A stretch of DNA of 64,000 nucleotides from Antedon mediterranea. Its lineage: Eukaryota; Animalia; Echinodermata. The stretch spans positions 27,339,648 through 27,403,647 of the forward strand of contig NC_092673.1 of NCBI RefSeq assembly GCF_964355755.1, written 5' to 3'. Positions 38,301-56,900 of this stretch are shown here, in pieces. The position numbers and the translations under genes were made by a program. Within the stretch, counting starts at the first letter, position 1, and each line of letters opens with the position of its first letter. A model generated the notes under the pieces. That model saw nothing but the letters and a program-made list of their open reading frames with translations. It made no database searches and was not told the origin of the DNA.

Positions 38301-39600
38301 TATGAAGGGTCCTTGCCTGAAAGAAAATAAAAACATTATTTTATAGAATGGATTTTTCAATGTTTTATACAATACATATTAAACACCAATAAATAAAAGA
38401 ACAAACAAATCATAGATGGAGTTAATAAAATGTGAAAACAAACCTTTTTTCTTCTTGCGAACTCGGCTAACAAACTTTTCTTTTGTTCAGATGAATGTTC
38501 TTCTAGATTGAATGTTTCACCTGCAGGACAAATGAGCACAAGACAGTAAAATAAAGATACATTCACTTTCACTCGAAAACTACTTGTATATTTTAAACCA
38601 CATTTCAATACAAAATTAATTTAAATTTGCACATGCATTGATGTTGTTATGCGCGATTTGAACGATTTGCGCAATTTGAAATTGCGCAAAAAAATCCTTG
38701 CGCAATTTGAAATTGCGCAAAGAATTCTTGCGCAATTTAAAATTGCGCAAGGATTTTTTTGCGCAATTTCAAATTGCGCAATCAACTTGCGCAATTTCAA
38801 ATTGCGCAAGAAAATCTTTGCGCAATTTTAAATTGCGCTGCACAATTTGTAAATTGCGCAAGATAGTTCTTGCGCAATATGACACCTTTGCGCAATTTGA
38901 AAACGAACTGTAAATTTTCCCATACATGGCTAGGCTAGGCCTAGGCAGAGGAGTTTAAAATTTAGTATTTTATTATATAAATAAGACCATTTCAATGAAG
39001 ATAATGTTTAAAACTCACTTTTTAAGTTTTTAATATTAGTTTAAGCTAGGCCATGTAACCTAGTCAGTATCAGTAGTCCAGACCCTAGCTAGGCTAGAGT
39101 AGTATAGACGGCCGCCCGCGCCGCGCCCGCCTGGTGGAACACCACCGCTTCGTTTCCCTTCGTCGGTTCTTCGACGGTATGCTAACTTATAACAATATTT
39201 GCAGTACTAAAATAAGGAAATGCGATATTTATCTTTAAGTTTGAATCATTCTTAGAAATTACTATAAAAATATGGGTGTGCATGATTTCACAATCTGTCG
39301 AAAAACCTTGCGCAATTTGCAGATTACTTGCGCAATTTAATACGTTGCTTGCGCAATTTGAAACACATGTTTCAATTCAAATTGCGCAAGGATTTTTTTT
39401 GCGCAATTTCAAATTGCGCAAATCGTTCAAATCGCGCATAACAATGTCAATACTCCACCTTTAGATATGTTAATGTTGCCTGCTAGAATCCCAGTAGTAA
39501 TTGCGTCCTCTTTTGTTGCTTCTTTCCGCAACGCCTCCTCCAATGTTCCATAGTGAACTTTCTGTTTTTTTAGAACTGGACCAATGTCTTCGTCTGCCAT
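29352..39600 (-). CDS. PRPF4: U4/U6 small nuclear ribonucleoprotein Prp4 (WD40), 13 coding exons
   Basis: Exons 39600-39459, 38520-38444, 38316-38244, 33738-33614, 33062-32886, 32702-32608, 32499-32441, 32318-32195, 31870-31781, 31208-31086, 30437-30330, 29905-29787, 29545-29352. Motifs [102 protein letters not shown] and [13 protein letters not shown]. Confidence 0.97.
30535..30730 (-). mobile_element. Degenerate SINE-like fragment in a PRPF4 intron
   Basis: tttatttatt tail plus caccggagtaacccactactcgtcttgaaag..ggttctttaac, resembling the central domain of widespread invertebrate tRNA-SINEs (from memory). Confidence 0.35.
33335..33592. repeat. 43-bp minisatellite, 5-6 copies, PRPF4 intron
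   Basis: Unit gtaatcaactaggtgacatggtattctcacaaggcttactgca. Confidence 0.92.
33784..37774 (+). mobile_element. Decayed Academ (XPG-nuclease type) DNA transposon
   Basis: Termini TAGTAGAGAGGCCA..TGGCCACCCTACTA with TAA duplicated on both sides (33781-33783, 37775-37777). Roughly 100-bp subterminal inverted repeats (~33827-33930 and ~37640-37740). Plus-strand remnant [29 protein letters not shown] at 36576-36662 matches the Academ FHAxTGCDxxSxFxGxGK motif; IIGITRN (~35297) and VVFDHY (~36283) remnants also fit. Confidence 0.85.
35530..36075 (-). mobile_element. 5'-truncated CR1/L2-group LINE nested in the Academ element
   Basis: ORF 36084-35740 reads [43 protein letters not shown], the C-terminus of CR1-group ORF2. 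It is followed by a 3' UTR and an (AATAA)n tail at ~35530-35555. Confidence 0.8.
37845..38125. repeat. Two diverged direct copies of a ~75-bp hAT-like terminal fragment
   Basis: aactac..cagc.ttggagggccccttaggagtgctaaaccaggg..tgc.ttac.ccactg at ~37853-37924 and ~38052-38123. The end is the reverse complement of CAGTGGCGTAA. Confidence 0.55.
38645..39443. mobile_element. Non-autonomous Ginger-like element (TG..CA termini, 4-bp TSD)
   Basis: TIRs of >60 bp starting TGTTATGCGCGATTTGAACGATTTGCGCAATTTGAAATTGCGCAA and ending CGCGCATAACA. ATGT duplicated at 38641-38644 and 39444-39447. About 20 TTGCGCAA palindromes in the arms. Confidence 0.85.
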
Positions 39601-39989
39601 TTTGATGCCTCTGAAATGAGAAAATGGGACAAAACAAAATTATTTACTTAATAAATAGGCCTATTGAATTTTCGTTCCCTCGGGCTGGCCTTACTCCTTT
39701 TGAACACACTAAAGTTACTCTTAAATAATGTAGACAATTTTGTTGTTTTATTTTCCATCAGTTCTAGGCTAGGCCCTAGAAGGTCTACTTTACACGTGAT
39801 ATCTGATGCTCTCATACGGCGGGTTGCCCACTGCAAATAAGCTTGTGTGAAAGCAGTCTCACTGGGCCTAGCTTTCGAAGCTAATAATTCACATAAAAAT
39901 AACTTTATTTATTTTATACAAACTACATCCTTATCATTACTTATAATTTCACATAACGGTCTACAATTCTTGTAGGTATCGTAAGCTTA

Positions 39990-40200
39990 CCAGATTTTAA
40001 ATTGAAAAACAATAATAGACAGAGGGTTCAAAAAATGTTTTGAAGAACGTCGTTCAAACGCGCCGTGTGTAGATGGCGCCCTACAGTTTTATAATATTTT
40101 TTATAAACAAAACACACTTGCCATGACTTGGCCTAAAATTTGGGAAATTTGTCATTGTTTATAGTAATTAAGATTTAATTAATAGTAAGGTGTGTGTTGT
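39990..40200. promoter_or_regulatory. Putative compact bidirectional promoter of PRPF4 and NDOR1
   Basis: Minus-strand donor CTG|GTAAG at ~39991 and plus-strand donor candidates at ~40185-40190. Acceptors lie just before both ATGs (~39611 and 40545). The start codons are 950 bp apart, with a CpG-containing patch and AGATGGCGC at ~40071. Confidence 0.55.
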
Positions 40201-40550
40201 TTTATTTAATAATAAACTGTTTGTTTTTCGTTAACACCCTATTTCTAATAAAAAAATAATAGGTCTAGCTAGGATATAACTGTAGGCCCTAAAAATAATA
40301 CATACTCTAGGCCCAGGGCCTAGTTTTTTAAAGGAGGCCTACCCGGCAATATGTGTGTAAGCATGAGGCAAACTTTTTAAAGGAAGTGATCATTTTAATT
40401 CTACAGGGCTTTTCATTAAATACAACATTGTTGTGTTTTTGGGACATTTTAGTGGTGATATGTCAGATTGGCCAAGTTGGGGAAAATAATAAATTTAAGT
40501 TGATTAATCCAGTAAACATTTACTCATCAATTTTTTTATGTGTAGCGACA

Positions 40551-45715
<5,165 letters not shown>

Positions 45716-47124
45716 GAAATGATAACTTGGTAAAGACTTAAGGCAGATAACGTCAATAGTGGTAGATGGACTGTGACTGTGAAGAAGATATTTGTTGTCA
45801 ATTACAGTGAATAAGATTTATTGCCTAGTAGGAGAATACAATAAAAGTGGAATGAGCCAAAACAAAAGAAAACAACAAAAAACTCTAGCCTAAAATAATT
45901 GAGAAAAAACTTATTACTGCAAAATAAGCCAAGTCAGAAATAAATGTTGAGCTCCATGAATTACTTGCAGATAGTCCCAGCACAACAGGTATCCTACCAT
46001 TGTCAGCAAAACACTAGACAATCCACTACCTGCAATATGAATATTAACACAAATAATGACATGAATGATTTATATGAAAATAAAAATCATCATCATAATA
46101 TGATTAATTATCAATAGGGGCATATTGACTATATAACTATAATAAAGTAAGTTTTAATAAAAATAGAGGTGTTTATATTTTTATCTGAAATAAATGATGT
46201 AGCTTTTTTATAATTCATTCAATTTCCAATTAAACAATACAATCCAGAAAAATAACGTTGAATACATCGTCTCAAAATAAGAATAATTAATTGACTACTA
46301 CACAAGAAATCGTATCCGAAACAGAAGGTAGAGAGACAATCTAGCCGGCGACTTTTGCTAACTTTACAGGCCTATTATGTGCTCAGCGGGGTCCCTATTA
46401 AAAAGGGTGATTTAGGCCTAAGGCTAGCACGGGCGTGTTATTCGTTTGAGAAGTTAACAAGCTAAATTGTCGCAACTCTGTTACTGATTATTATCTATTA
46501 AATTAATCTTCAGAATGTGTAATTTGTCGGGGTTGTCTCATTCGCCAGGTAACAGGTACAAAACAAAACACTTTTTACACCATGTTTTATGCGATTTACG
46601 AAAGACGTAACTACAGGTCAATTTTTAATGTAAGAAAACGGAGGTTGCCGTTATTTTAGCGTAATGTAATTTTGGAATCAATAATTCTTGAAACAATTCA
46701 ACAGATTTTTTTTTATATTTGGTCTTACCGTAGTAGGCCTATCCTAAGATTCGCTGGGTTCGGAGTCCGGCTGAAACCATGTCTCAACCAAAACTTATTA
46801 CAATTAATTTAGATAGTAAGTTGATTCTGTTTTGTTGTTTAGAATTTAAAAAACGGTACATTAAAGTAATAAATATTACATAAATTATTTATTATGAATA
46901 ATTAGTGAAATGAAAGACAATTAATGCTTGTTAGGTACCGTTTCCGTGGTATCTCCGAAAACCGCGATCGCACAGAAAAAACACCCCAAATTTCACGCCG
47001 AAATTAAGCTTTGTTACATTTTTTTTTTCTTCACATTATTGATTGTCTCCATCCCCGAAACCTCGACTAACAAATACCGGAATGGTGTCCGGCGGGGGAT
47101 AGTTTATTACCATTAGTTAAGGTC

Positions 47125-47205
47125 CTATGTAAAGCACCTAGAGGGGTCAGTGATCCATTAGGCGCTATATAAATACTGTTTATTATTATTATTATTACTA
47201 TTATT
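47125..47205 (+). mobile_element. L2/SINE 3' tail fragment
   Basis: tgtaaagcacctagag..ggcgctatataaatactgttt(att)n is the same tail type as at ~28000 and ~49290. Confidence 0.55.
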
Positions 47206-49269
47206 TAATAATAAAACAATAACCTGAAAAACAACATTTTCTAAATTCGGAATGGTAGGGCCTAGCTTTTTCTGAATCTGCCGATATAAATTGGCATTAA
47301 CACCGCATCAAACAATTAAACACTTTTATTTATTTACACATAATGCATGCTAGTAGGCCAACCATACAATTCCGAAAGCTCGTACAGATGCTGGAAAATT
47401 TATAATTTCTTTTAATGGAGCTCATTTTTGGAATAATTTACCCTTAGCTATAAAATGTACTTCTTCTAGATTTAAATTCATAAATGAAGTTTTTTTTTTT
47501 CTCTTTTGTGGCGCAAACACCACTTTTATTCACATTCATATTATCTCATATTACATAAAATCGTATTTTTAAACTTGTAAATGTCGTTACAGTTCATAAG
47601 TAACATTTTTACATATATGAATTCTGTATTACTCCTTTTTTCATTAATTTTCTTATATTTTGTTATACACTTGACAGGATCATCATTATCATCTATCCCG
47701 TTTTAAAATAGTTCACACATTTTCATTTGTTTGTTTTCATTTTACAACCCGGATTATACAATATATTTATATACATGATAAAAAAAAACAATAATAGCTC
47801 AGTACCACCAGTAACCCGTATCACTGTAATTCTTTTTCGGTTAATCGTATCAAATTAGAAATTATATTATCATAATCTTATTTCTTAAAGCTACCCATAA
47901 ATGAAGTTAAATGTTTAATTTTACAAAAACATTAATGTTAGCACTTGTTTACTTCATTTCTTTTATATAGTTGTTGTGTCTTTTTTATTGAATTATTGTT
48001 GTTATATCAAAATTTATGCATTTTGACTAATTTATTTTTTTGTGACAGGAGTCAATCCTCGATTAGCAAAAGCTATTTTTTGACTCCTTTTCACATATCG
48101 TACTGTTTATGTATGAAAGTTAAATTAAACAAGCGACTTTACGCCGACATTTATTTTTAAAATCATTTTAATTGTTAAAGTATCTCGATTTTCTACTAAT
48201 GATGCTCATGACAATTAAATACAGTTACATAACTTCATAATTCTCTCGGGTACAATTTTAATGATTTGCAACCTTACATGAAGAACACTGTTTACTCATT
48301 TTCATGTATCTTCAGGCCAAAGACTTAATTTTCAGTCTAGAAATAACCTTTCATTAGCGTTTAATTAGATCATTTAGCAATTATGTGTGCTTATGTGTTA
48401 TCGAATGCAATTAAAACTTTTGTCTTCAAACTGTTGAATTATTTTAAAGTGTGAATTCTTGAGGTCACACGAAGAGATTCTACTAGAAATCGTCTACATG
48501 AAATTAGACAAATGATTAATAATATATTTTTCTGTAGGCCTTATTTAATATATGCCTATACTTTGCTTTTTGCATGGTTCAATCAGGGAATTGTTAATTT
48601 TAATAACAACTCCCTGATGCAATTCAAAATACACTTATTAACGTCCAAAAGACAAAAAATAACAAAAACAACAATGAGATAATTTAGAAAATGGACAAAG
48701 GCAGGATCCCAAAAAGATGAAAATCTTGTGGCGGAATTGTCTTTATAGCCTAAATTAATTAAATTGGTTTGTGACTTCTGACAAAATTGATTGACTTCTT
48801 TGTTTTTCTGACAGATTTTTGACCTTGAAGATTTATTGGCCCTGGAAAATAATTCTAAAACATGGTTTTGTTGAATAAGACATTTTAATGTCACATAATA
48901 ATTATTCACTTTAATAAAAAAAATTGGATCGAAAAATGTATTTACCTGAAAAAATGTACCGGTAATTCAAAGCAAACAAGAGTCAAATTGACTGGGAGTT
49001 AATGGGTTTTTTGGTTGAATTTAAACGTGAAAACATATCTTTTTAAAAAAAAACTTTTAATCTTCATTGTTCATGTTTTTTTGGGGACAAGAGCCTTTAA
49101 CCCTATTTATTATTATTGTATTTGTATACATGGTTACTATGGATATATCGGTAGGTCTATAAAGACTATGCAGCATAAGAAGACATGAAACCAAATTCTA
49201 AACGTTTTTTAATGGCAAACAAATAACAATTACTGTACCTAAAAAGAACATATTCTTCCTTGGATACAA

Positions 49270-49545
49270 AAAATAATGAATAATACTCGTTTTTATATAG
49301 CGCTTATTGCACAATGCTTCTAAGCTCTTTACATTATTACCCCGGTCATTTTTGGATCAAACACGTATAGAAACCAACCATACTCCCATAATGCAGCTAG
49401 TAATCAGCGCAAAGTCGTGTCTTGATCTAACCGGGTACCCATTTATACACCTGGGTGGAGAGAGGCAAACGTAAGTAAAATATCTTGCCTATGGATACAA
49501 ACAATGCGGCGGGAGTTGGATTCGAACCTCGATCAGTAGTCCAAC
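49270..49545 (-). mobile_element. tRNA-derived SINE with CORE-like central domain and L2-type tail
   Basis: Minus strand has B-box GGTTCGAATCC (~49518-49528), then ggcaagatatttt..tgcctctctccacccaggtgtataaatgggtacc and tail aagcgctatataaa. An internally deleted copy lies at 52355-52539. Confidence 0.75.
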
Positions 49546-52264
49546 GTCCAAACTTTTATTCGAAACTTTCTCATTCTGCTCATTAAAACCAAATTAGGAC
49601 CAAATCAAACTCGAGACACAAGTTAGGCCCGCACTGTACTAGATCAGGAAACTTATTAGGCCTATACTGTCCTAATTAATGTATGCGGTCGGGTTTCAAT
49701 AAAAATGTGCAGGCGCGCCTACAAATTACCAATGGTACCCCTACACGATGTTCATAAAATCTGGAGCCTAATGAGCACATTCATAACATATTAAGAACCA
49801 ATTTTAGATTTCAATACTGGGGTAGCCGTACTTTAATGAGCCTATTTATTTATTTATTGGTTTATTCTTTTTAACAACAATGCGTTCGTCAATAGCCACT
49901 TAATGAGTCAAGAAATGAACAAGGGATTACAATTATTACTAAAATTTGTACGTCAAACATTATTCTTCGGACATATGCTTTGAAATACCTGACGTACGCT
50001 CAAGCACGTGATGAGTACTGTCCATTCGCAGGCCAATTGTGTCAATACAAAGATTGTTGTTTTTTCTTTTGTTCTGATTGGCATAAGATGACATTAATGA
50101 TGTTTTCTAATCAGCCCATGATTGGACAGAAGTTGTCGTTAACAACTCCAGTCTCGTGCCGATTTATCTATCATCATGTTATTAAGAACCAATTAAACAG
50201 AGATTTAGTTTCGGCCAGATGAAGGAGGGTAAGACAGAGTTTGTTAACAAAACAAGAAAATCAATGTTTTCCTTCTTCTAACTATTATATCTCTCTCAAC
50301 ACACATTGTAAATTAATCTGTTGTCTGCCTACTCACGTGTATGTCCAGTTACACGGTTCGGGCGAGGAATTACAGGAGCCTGCCTAAGCCCTATGGCGTG
50401 GTAAATATGTGTTGTTATAATATGGTTGTTTATCAAGCTTTTGCCGCAACTTCACATATTCAGGTGGGCAGCTGCCTTGTAGCTGCTTACAAATACTAAT
50501 TAAAGTTCAAAATGGATGCTGTGATTGTCTTATTATCACGTCTTATTATTAACGTTCTATATTCACGGCTTGTTATATTTTTTTTCTATTTTTCTTGTTT
50601 TTTTTTAAAAAGTTGTTTCATTGCAGGACCATATTGAAAACAGATATTTTGTGATCTTTTCTTTTCTGAATTATGTTATCCTGCCTAAATATGTTTTAAT
50701 AAAATAAAATAAAATACATTGTTAAAACATTGTTGTATGTACTCCTCTTTTGTGTGTCATACGGACCCGCATCCACCCCACCACCCATTATCTTCCCCCT
50801 GTATCTTTAAAATGAATGGTGGAAACATGGTATTGACACGGACCCGTGATTTTGTGTTTATTAAGGCTCTGTCTACACTATCAAACTTTATGTGAGAAAA
50901 AAATGTGACACTTTTTTTGTCAAATTAGTTTGAGTGTAGACAGAGCTTTAGATAGAATAATGAAGACTAGACCTAATGAACATCTTCGCTAATGATGTAA
51001 CATCCATTGTATTCCCAAACTAACACAGCTCGTCTTATCTTTTCAGATTAACGAACTTTACAAACCTGATGAGTAGATTCTATTTGTGACTTCGCTATAT
51101 AAAGGTTTATTTGTGGTCCTAAAATGTCACTGTATACAGTAAAATCGAATGGGCAAATTCCGTTTGATTTCAGTGGCCATGCGCGCGTCGGCTAAGGCTA
51201 AGTTTATACTCGGCTCTTATTTCTTGTTTTATTTCGCAATTCCTGGAGTGTTACAACTATAATATTTAAACAAATTATTAAATACAATAATGCGCTAGTT
51301 AACTTTTAGCCTAAACGGGTTAGAGGAGTGCACCTTTGTTCCTTTGGTCAACAAGTGGAATTATTTTAGGATGGGATAGTGTACGTGTCAGTCAATGTCA
51401 CAACCTGTGAATTACACAAGACCTTATTTTGTTATTCTACAGGCGTTTTCAACTTCCTAGCCAACATACGACCTTTCTTTGTCGTAAAGTTGAGTTTTGT
51501 CGCAGTTCATGATAGTCAGTTGTATTTGGGTCACCTTATTAAAACTGATACTTCTTAGGCCTGAGAAATGTCAGCGTCTTAACGTGAGAGAGGACGTTAA
51601 TCGTTCCTATCTTACCCACTGGCATACCCTTTCGCGGCTTTTCTTGTCCTACTCCGGACCCCTGCTTCCATACAAATCACCCCCAGCGCGTACCACGTCA
51701 TTTATGTCATGAACAATCCACATTCGCCTGTCGATTGCACGGCCTTGCTCCCGCCCTATCACTTGCTTGCCCCGGGCACTGTTTTTATTTCATTCCTTGT
51801 ACACCCGCTTGAGGAAAACAATAATATTATTGTAGTTTCGTGTTTAAAATTTATACAAACACTATTACACTAACCCGTGCAGTCCCGAGCGGGTGAGTAG
51901 TATCCCGAGTGGGACTATCTTCTTTTGCGCACAGGGAGGGAGGTTTTCATGGCAGGCAATAGATACAATCTTCAGTGTGCAGGTGCCAGCTGCAGACTAG
52001 ATCGGTCTCCCTGTGTGGCATTCGAGGTGTGCTAAGCTGCTGCGATCAGGCTAACACAATTCTACCTATCGATGAAATCAGAAGCTGTGACTGCGGTAAT
52101 GTGAAGACAGTTTATTTTTGCAACTTCGTATTTTTTCAGGCACGTGAGAAAAAGTTTGTTTGACCATAACAGTTTTTACGCAAGTTGTCAAGCGATGGAT
52201 GACAAGGCACCGCGTCATTTATTTGTCAAACTTGCGTTGCACGTCCATGCGTTGTGTCCTAAAT

Positions 52265-52572
52265 ACTGGTTCCCACTTTGCAACGCAAGGACGTAGACGC
52301 AACGCAAGCGGGTTGAATCATGACAAGCGACAGTTCAAATAATCCATCGCTTAATAATAAAATAAATAATAATAATAATATTCGTCCTTATAGCGCTTAT
52401 TGCACAATGCTTCTACGCGCTTCAAATTATTACCCCAGTCATTTTTTTGTACCCGAACACGTATGGAAACATACTTCCATAATGCTGCTAGTAATCAGCG
52501 CAAAGTCGTGTCTTGACCTGGATGGAGAGAGGCAAACGTCTTTGTGTTGCGTCCTAAGTGGGAACCAAGCTT
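52265..52572. mobile_element. Small MITE (ends GGTTCCCACTT..AAGTGGGAACC) carrying a nested deleted SINE copy
   Basis: Inverted ends at ~52267 and ~52567. The interior 52355-52539 matches the 49270-49470 SINE. MITE body relatives at ~29095-29150 and ~55555-55705. Confidence 0.6.
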
Positions 52573-53841
52573 TAATTGGCTTAGGACAGTGGCGAATTAC
52601 TTTCCCCTAAAAATCTATTCTAGAGAGACAATTTAGGGAGCACATTATGAATATTCATAGAACACAGATCAAGTCTGGTTCTTTGACTGCTGAATGATGA
52701 CGTCAGCACTCGGTTCGAAATCAATATATTTTATTGGGTGCTTTAGATGGCTAAGTTGCTAGGAAATATCAGCTATATATATATTGCAATCTATCGGATG
52801 TTAGAGAAAGTCTTTGAAACAAATACGCGGCTGACAATACATATTTTCCGATGTAATAATAACATAACCAATGAGAATATACGCACGCCCATATCAACAT
52901 TGTGAACGATGTATATCAGTTTTGTCCCTTCTTTAATTAATCTATATTAGTTGACTCTTAACACGAACTGGAGGTATTTTAATCCTGATGACGTCACTTT
53001 ACGTCTTTTGATGAAATAGGATTTTCTATATTGTAAATATTTAATATTCTTGGTCTATAAATCTAAAGCATTAAACATAAATCGTTAGCCTAAGCCTGGT
53101 TGGTTTCAAACTAAGTCTAAACTTGATAAATCGCTTTACGTTATTAGATATTTTCTTGTGGGCGGTAAAGTTATTTAGATAACAGTGTGTCAAATGAGAA
53201 AAAACGTTATATTAAAGGTTGGACGTTTACGGTCGCTCAAAAAATATCAGGTTGATTTTTCTAATACGATATGATATGTGTATACGATCAGATACCGGGC
53301 ATGATATGCAAATAATAAACGATGTATTATACAGCATAATATTGTAAATCATGGATCCATCTTGTTTCTGATTGGCTACCATTAGTAAAGTAAGTAGGTT
53401 TGAGGCAGCGCCACCAAAATAAAAAAAAAACTTTTAAATGGTTCTAGAGGACGCCCTAACAGATAAAGTAAGTAGGCCTACACAGTGCATCCAGCAGTAA
53501 ATATAAAGTAAATGCTATTATATAACTTGTCAGATGTTTGGCCTAATCTGACGTAACTTTGTACTTTATCTAAATACACTGAGAACACACACACAAGTAA
53601 TTAGTATTAGTAACTACTCTACAGAAGTTAAATACAATTATCATGCTATTACATACGTACGTTAAAATGCTATTCAACATATTCAAAAAATATTTTAATA
53701 ATACTATGTTGTGGTTTCTAAAAATGTTTAAAGTCAGTATAATTATATACATGTTTCCCTCTTTACGTCATCCATTTTATTTATACTTTCAGCGAGCATT
53801 ACGTCACAACATAAATGAAAGCAACTGTATCTACAAAGCAA

Positions 53842-53965
53842 CCACTGTTTTAACTGCTTCCTAACCCCGGGAAGTACGCGGATCCCACAACTGTTTTAAC
53901 TGCTTCCTAACCCCGGGAAGTACGCGGATCCCACAACTGTTTTAACTTCTTCCTAACCCCGGGAT
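53842..53965. repeat. 46-bp tandem repeat, about 2.6 copies
   Basis: Unit actgttttaactgcttcctaaccccgggaagtacgcggatcccaca. Confidence 0.9.
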
Positions 53966-56900
53966 GTAATATTCTTAGCAACACACTGTGCTACTTGTTG
54001 AATTAATAATTCCCACTTACAAATATTAAGTTTTTATTTACTTTCGTAAAATATTAGCCTGTTTAGGCATCCTCTGTGAGGATCAGGCTGGTTAATTATA
54101 TTCTGATTGCTATAGCCAACGAAACACCGCTGAGCCGTCACGCGAAGTCATCGTTTCCGTGGTCACTGAATAGCCGCTACAAAGCTCACAAAATAAACCT
54201 CTCGTGAGGGCAATATTGTTTTTATTAATTAATACCACATATATTATAAATCATATTGTGTTTATGTGTCAAACTAAGCCGCATAGTTCCGATTTACGTC
54301 TAAATGGGTTCTAATTGATGCTTTTAAACCGAAATTACAGTGACGATGTGATGCAATTCAAGAGAAAATGCTCAAACTTTCAATTTAGTTACAAAAATAT
54401 CTATACTAAAAGGTAGTCTGGATTCCAGACAGAGTTTTAACTTAATATTAGTAAAACTATAAATATTTTGGCCATATGGCGTTTATCTACAGACTTGGGG
54501 TGAAGTCTATATACTTCAAATCCGGTTTGTTAAAAATATAAGTGTCATTGTCGATTAATCTGAATTGTGCCAAATTTACATTATAATATAAAAAGTATAA
54601 CAAAATATAAAATTCCATTTAGAAGTTCATACAAAATAATCTAAAAATTTACATACAGTAAACTACCATTACATTTGTGATGTGCTTCTCAAGGTTGAGT
54701 TATTACGGTTATTTATTTATTTATTACTTCTTGGAAAATCGGTTTGTCACAGTACTGTATTATAATCTATAGGCCTACCCGGAATATTAACCTCTTAAAG
54801 CTCTGTCTACACTATCAAACTATTTTGACAAAAAAAAGTGTGATGTGCCAAATATGGTAGTTATATGACATCATCATCATGTCGATAGTGTGTAATATTT
54901 GATAGTGTGCACAGATTCAGAAATTACACCGTAAACATCTTATGTTTGTATCTGTTGTCAGTGGATATGCCCATATATGGACAAGATGATGTCATCACTA
55001 CTATTTGATCATATGACTACCATATTAGGACACATCACTACCATATTTGGGCACATCACACTTTTTTTCAGAGCTGTAGACGGTAGGTTTATCTATAGGG
55101 TATATATACTGGTACCCCCTACCAATTTTACTGTGCTTAGATCAGTTTTGTCCCGCAGACTTTCTTATGTCTTCTCTCTGATAAAAATACAATATAATTA
55201 GCCTTAATATTGTGAAACGGTGTTACAAAAACAATGATACAAACATTACAGAGTTATCTAGCAGGGGATCAGCCAGCCGCCCGCTGACATTATACAAACT
55301 TTTCAATTAAACAAAGCTAAAATGTTTCGGATATTTCACAGAAGGGGTATAACCCACGCCACCCGCTGCTACCATGGACATTCATGTGAAAGGGATCTGA
55401 AAAGCTTGCGCAACAAGGCGACTTAAATCCAAAAACCAATGGTATCTATGAATGTTCGCTGATTTGTCTTAATTCTCTTCCATCCCTAAATGCATTGATA
55501 GCTAAACAAACAAATTAAATGGCATTGTTGTCTGCAGTAATCTTGGCATCATTTAGCCTGGGTTTTACATAGAACGCAACGTAACAACGTATGTGCAACT
55601 CAAGTAATTTGACCAATCACATGCAATGGATTATACGAATACGCTGCTTGTCATTGGTCAACTTGCTTGCGTTGCGTCGTCTACTCCTTGCGTATCGTCC
55701 TAGCTTAAGAATAGTGGGTTGGTTGGGTAGGCCTACTACATCGTCCTATTTGTCACGTACCGCAATGGGTATTTGACTATATCCACACTTCTAAAATCTA
55801 TATTTAAAAAAAACATCTCGAACTAAAATAGGCCTATAGTGTTATTTTGTACAACAAAAAATCGTTTCAAAGGTATATTTTGAGGTACAGTACTCGATTA
55901 AATTTAAATTTTTATCAGCAAGGAAGTAAAAATGTCCTTGCTATAAACCGCGTCAATCATTCTGTACTAAGCCACCTCTTGAATGGGTGTCGTCTGCGTT
56001 TTGTTCACCCATATTCACCAATGTTTTCCGGTTAATTTCATCCCATGTACACTGTCAATCGGTCTTATAATCCTACTAAAAAAGACAGTCACATTTTCAA
56101 AGAAAATTCAATACATTGTTTTCTTTTTAAAGTGAATGTTTACCTTAATAGGCCTATAGAGATTATTGTCGTTGTCTGAGATTTTGATGTTTAAAACAAA
56201 GATAGATATTCTTTTCAATAAAGACTTAAATAAACTCTCCAAGAGCCAGATGTCAAATAACCATAATATTTCCTACATACACTAGTATTACTTTATTATT
56301 TGATGTACAAAAAGGTCTGAGATTTCAAATAAGCATTTTACTTATATAGGCCTAAGCAGGGAAAAGTGAATTCCACTCTTCCTTGGCCTAAGTAACAGAC
56401 AAACTCCACATGCATAACTGTACATTAATCCTCGCTACAATGTATAGGCAGGGAGGTGACCTGGTATATAGGCCTTACCGGTACATCACGACTGAAACAA
56501 TGGCGAAATCTATGAAATCTCTCCCCATAGGAAATCTATTCAGTAGAGGTGGATAATATAAATTGGTAAATGATATATTATATTGTGTACTTGATTAAAT
56601 AAATACTTGTGTTAACACCATATGGCTCAATAAAGAACTATATATTAAATTTCACCTATAACAGTCACGTTTCCCAGCGTGAAGTACAAAACACAATCAG
56701 TTCATTAGAGAAGATATACCCCTCGTTCACATAACGTATAATAGTGTTTAAATCAAACTATCTTATCTGGGTACTTCAACGAGAAACAATACAACACCTT
56801 AACTCCCTGTCATTCAAATATATTAGGATCTCAGAGGGAGGGGATTACTGTCAATCTAGTGCGTACATAATAGGGTATTAAGCAGTTTACCGCTAAGGGA

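Noticed and set aside
38621-38913. ORFs with RNLKLRK / AQFEIAQ repeats on both strands
   Set aside because: These are translations of TTGCGCAA palindromic repeats inside the transposon arm.
40353-40550. N-terminal extension of NDOR1 suggested by ORF 40353-40799
   Set aside because: Family similarity begins at MDIREKIVILYGSETG (40551), and an acceptor (tgtag at 40545) precedes it, so the upstream part is intron.
48045-48620. Two isolated hairpins (aggagtcaa..ttgactcct and tcagggaattgtta..taacaactccctga)
   Set aside because: Short stems in AT-rich DNA with no partner termini or TSD I could establish; insufficient for a miRNA or TE call.
49500-49545. tRNA-like B-box GGTTCGAATCC
   Set aside because: No cloverleaf; it is the head of a SINE.
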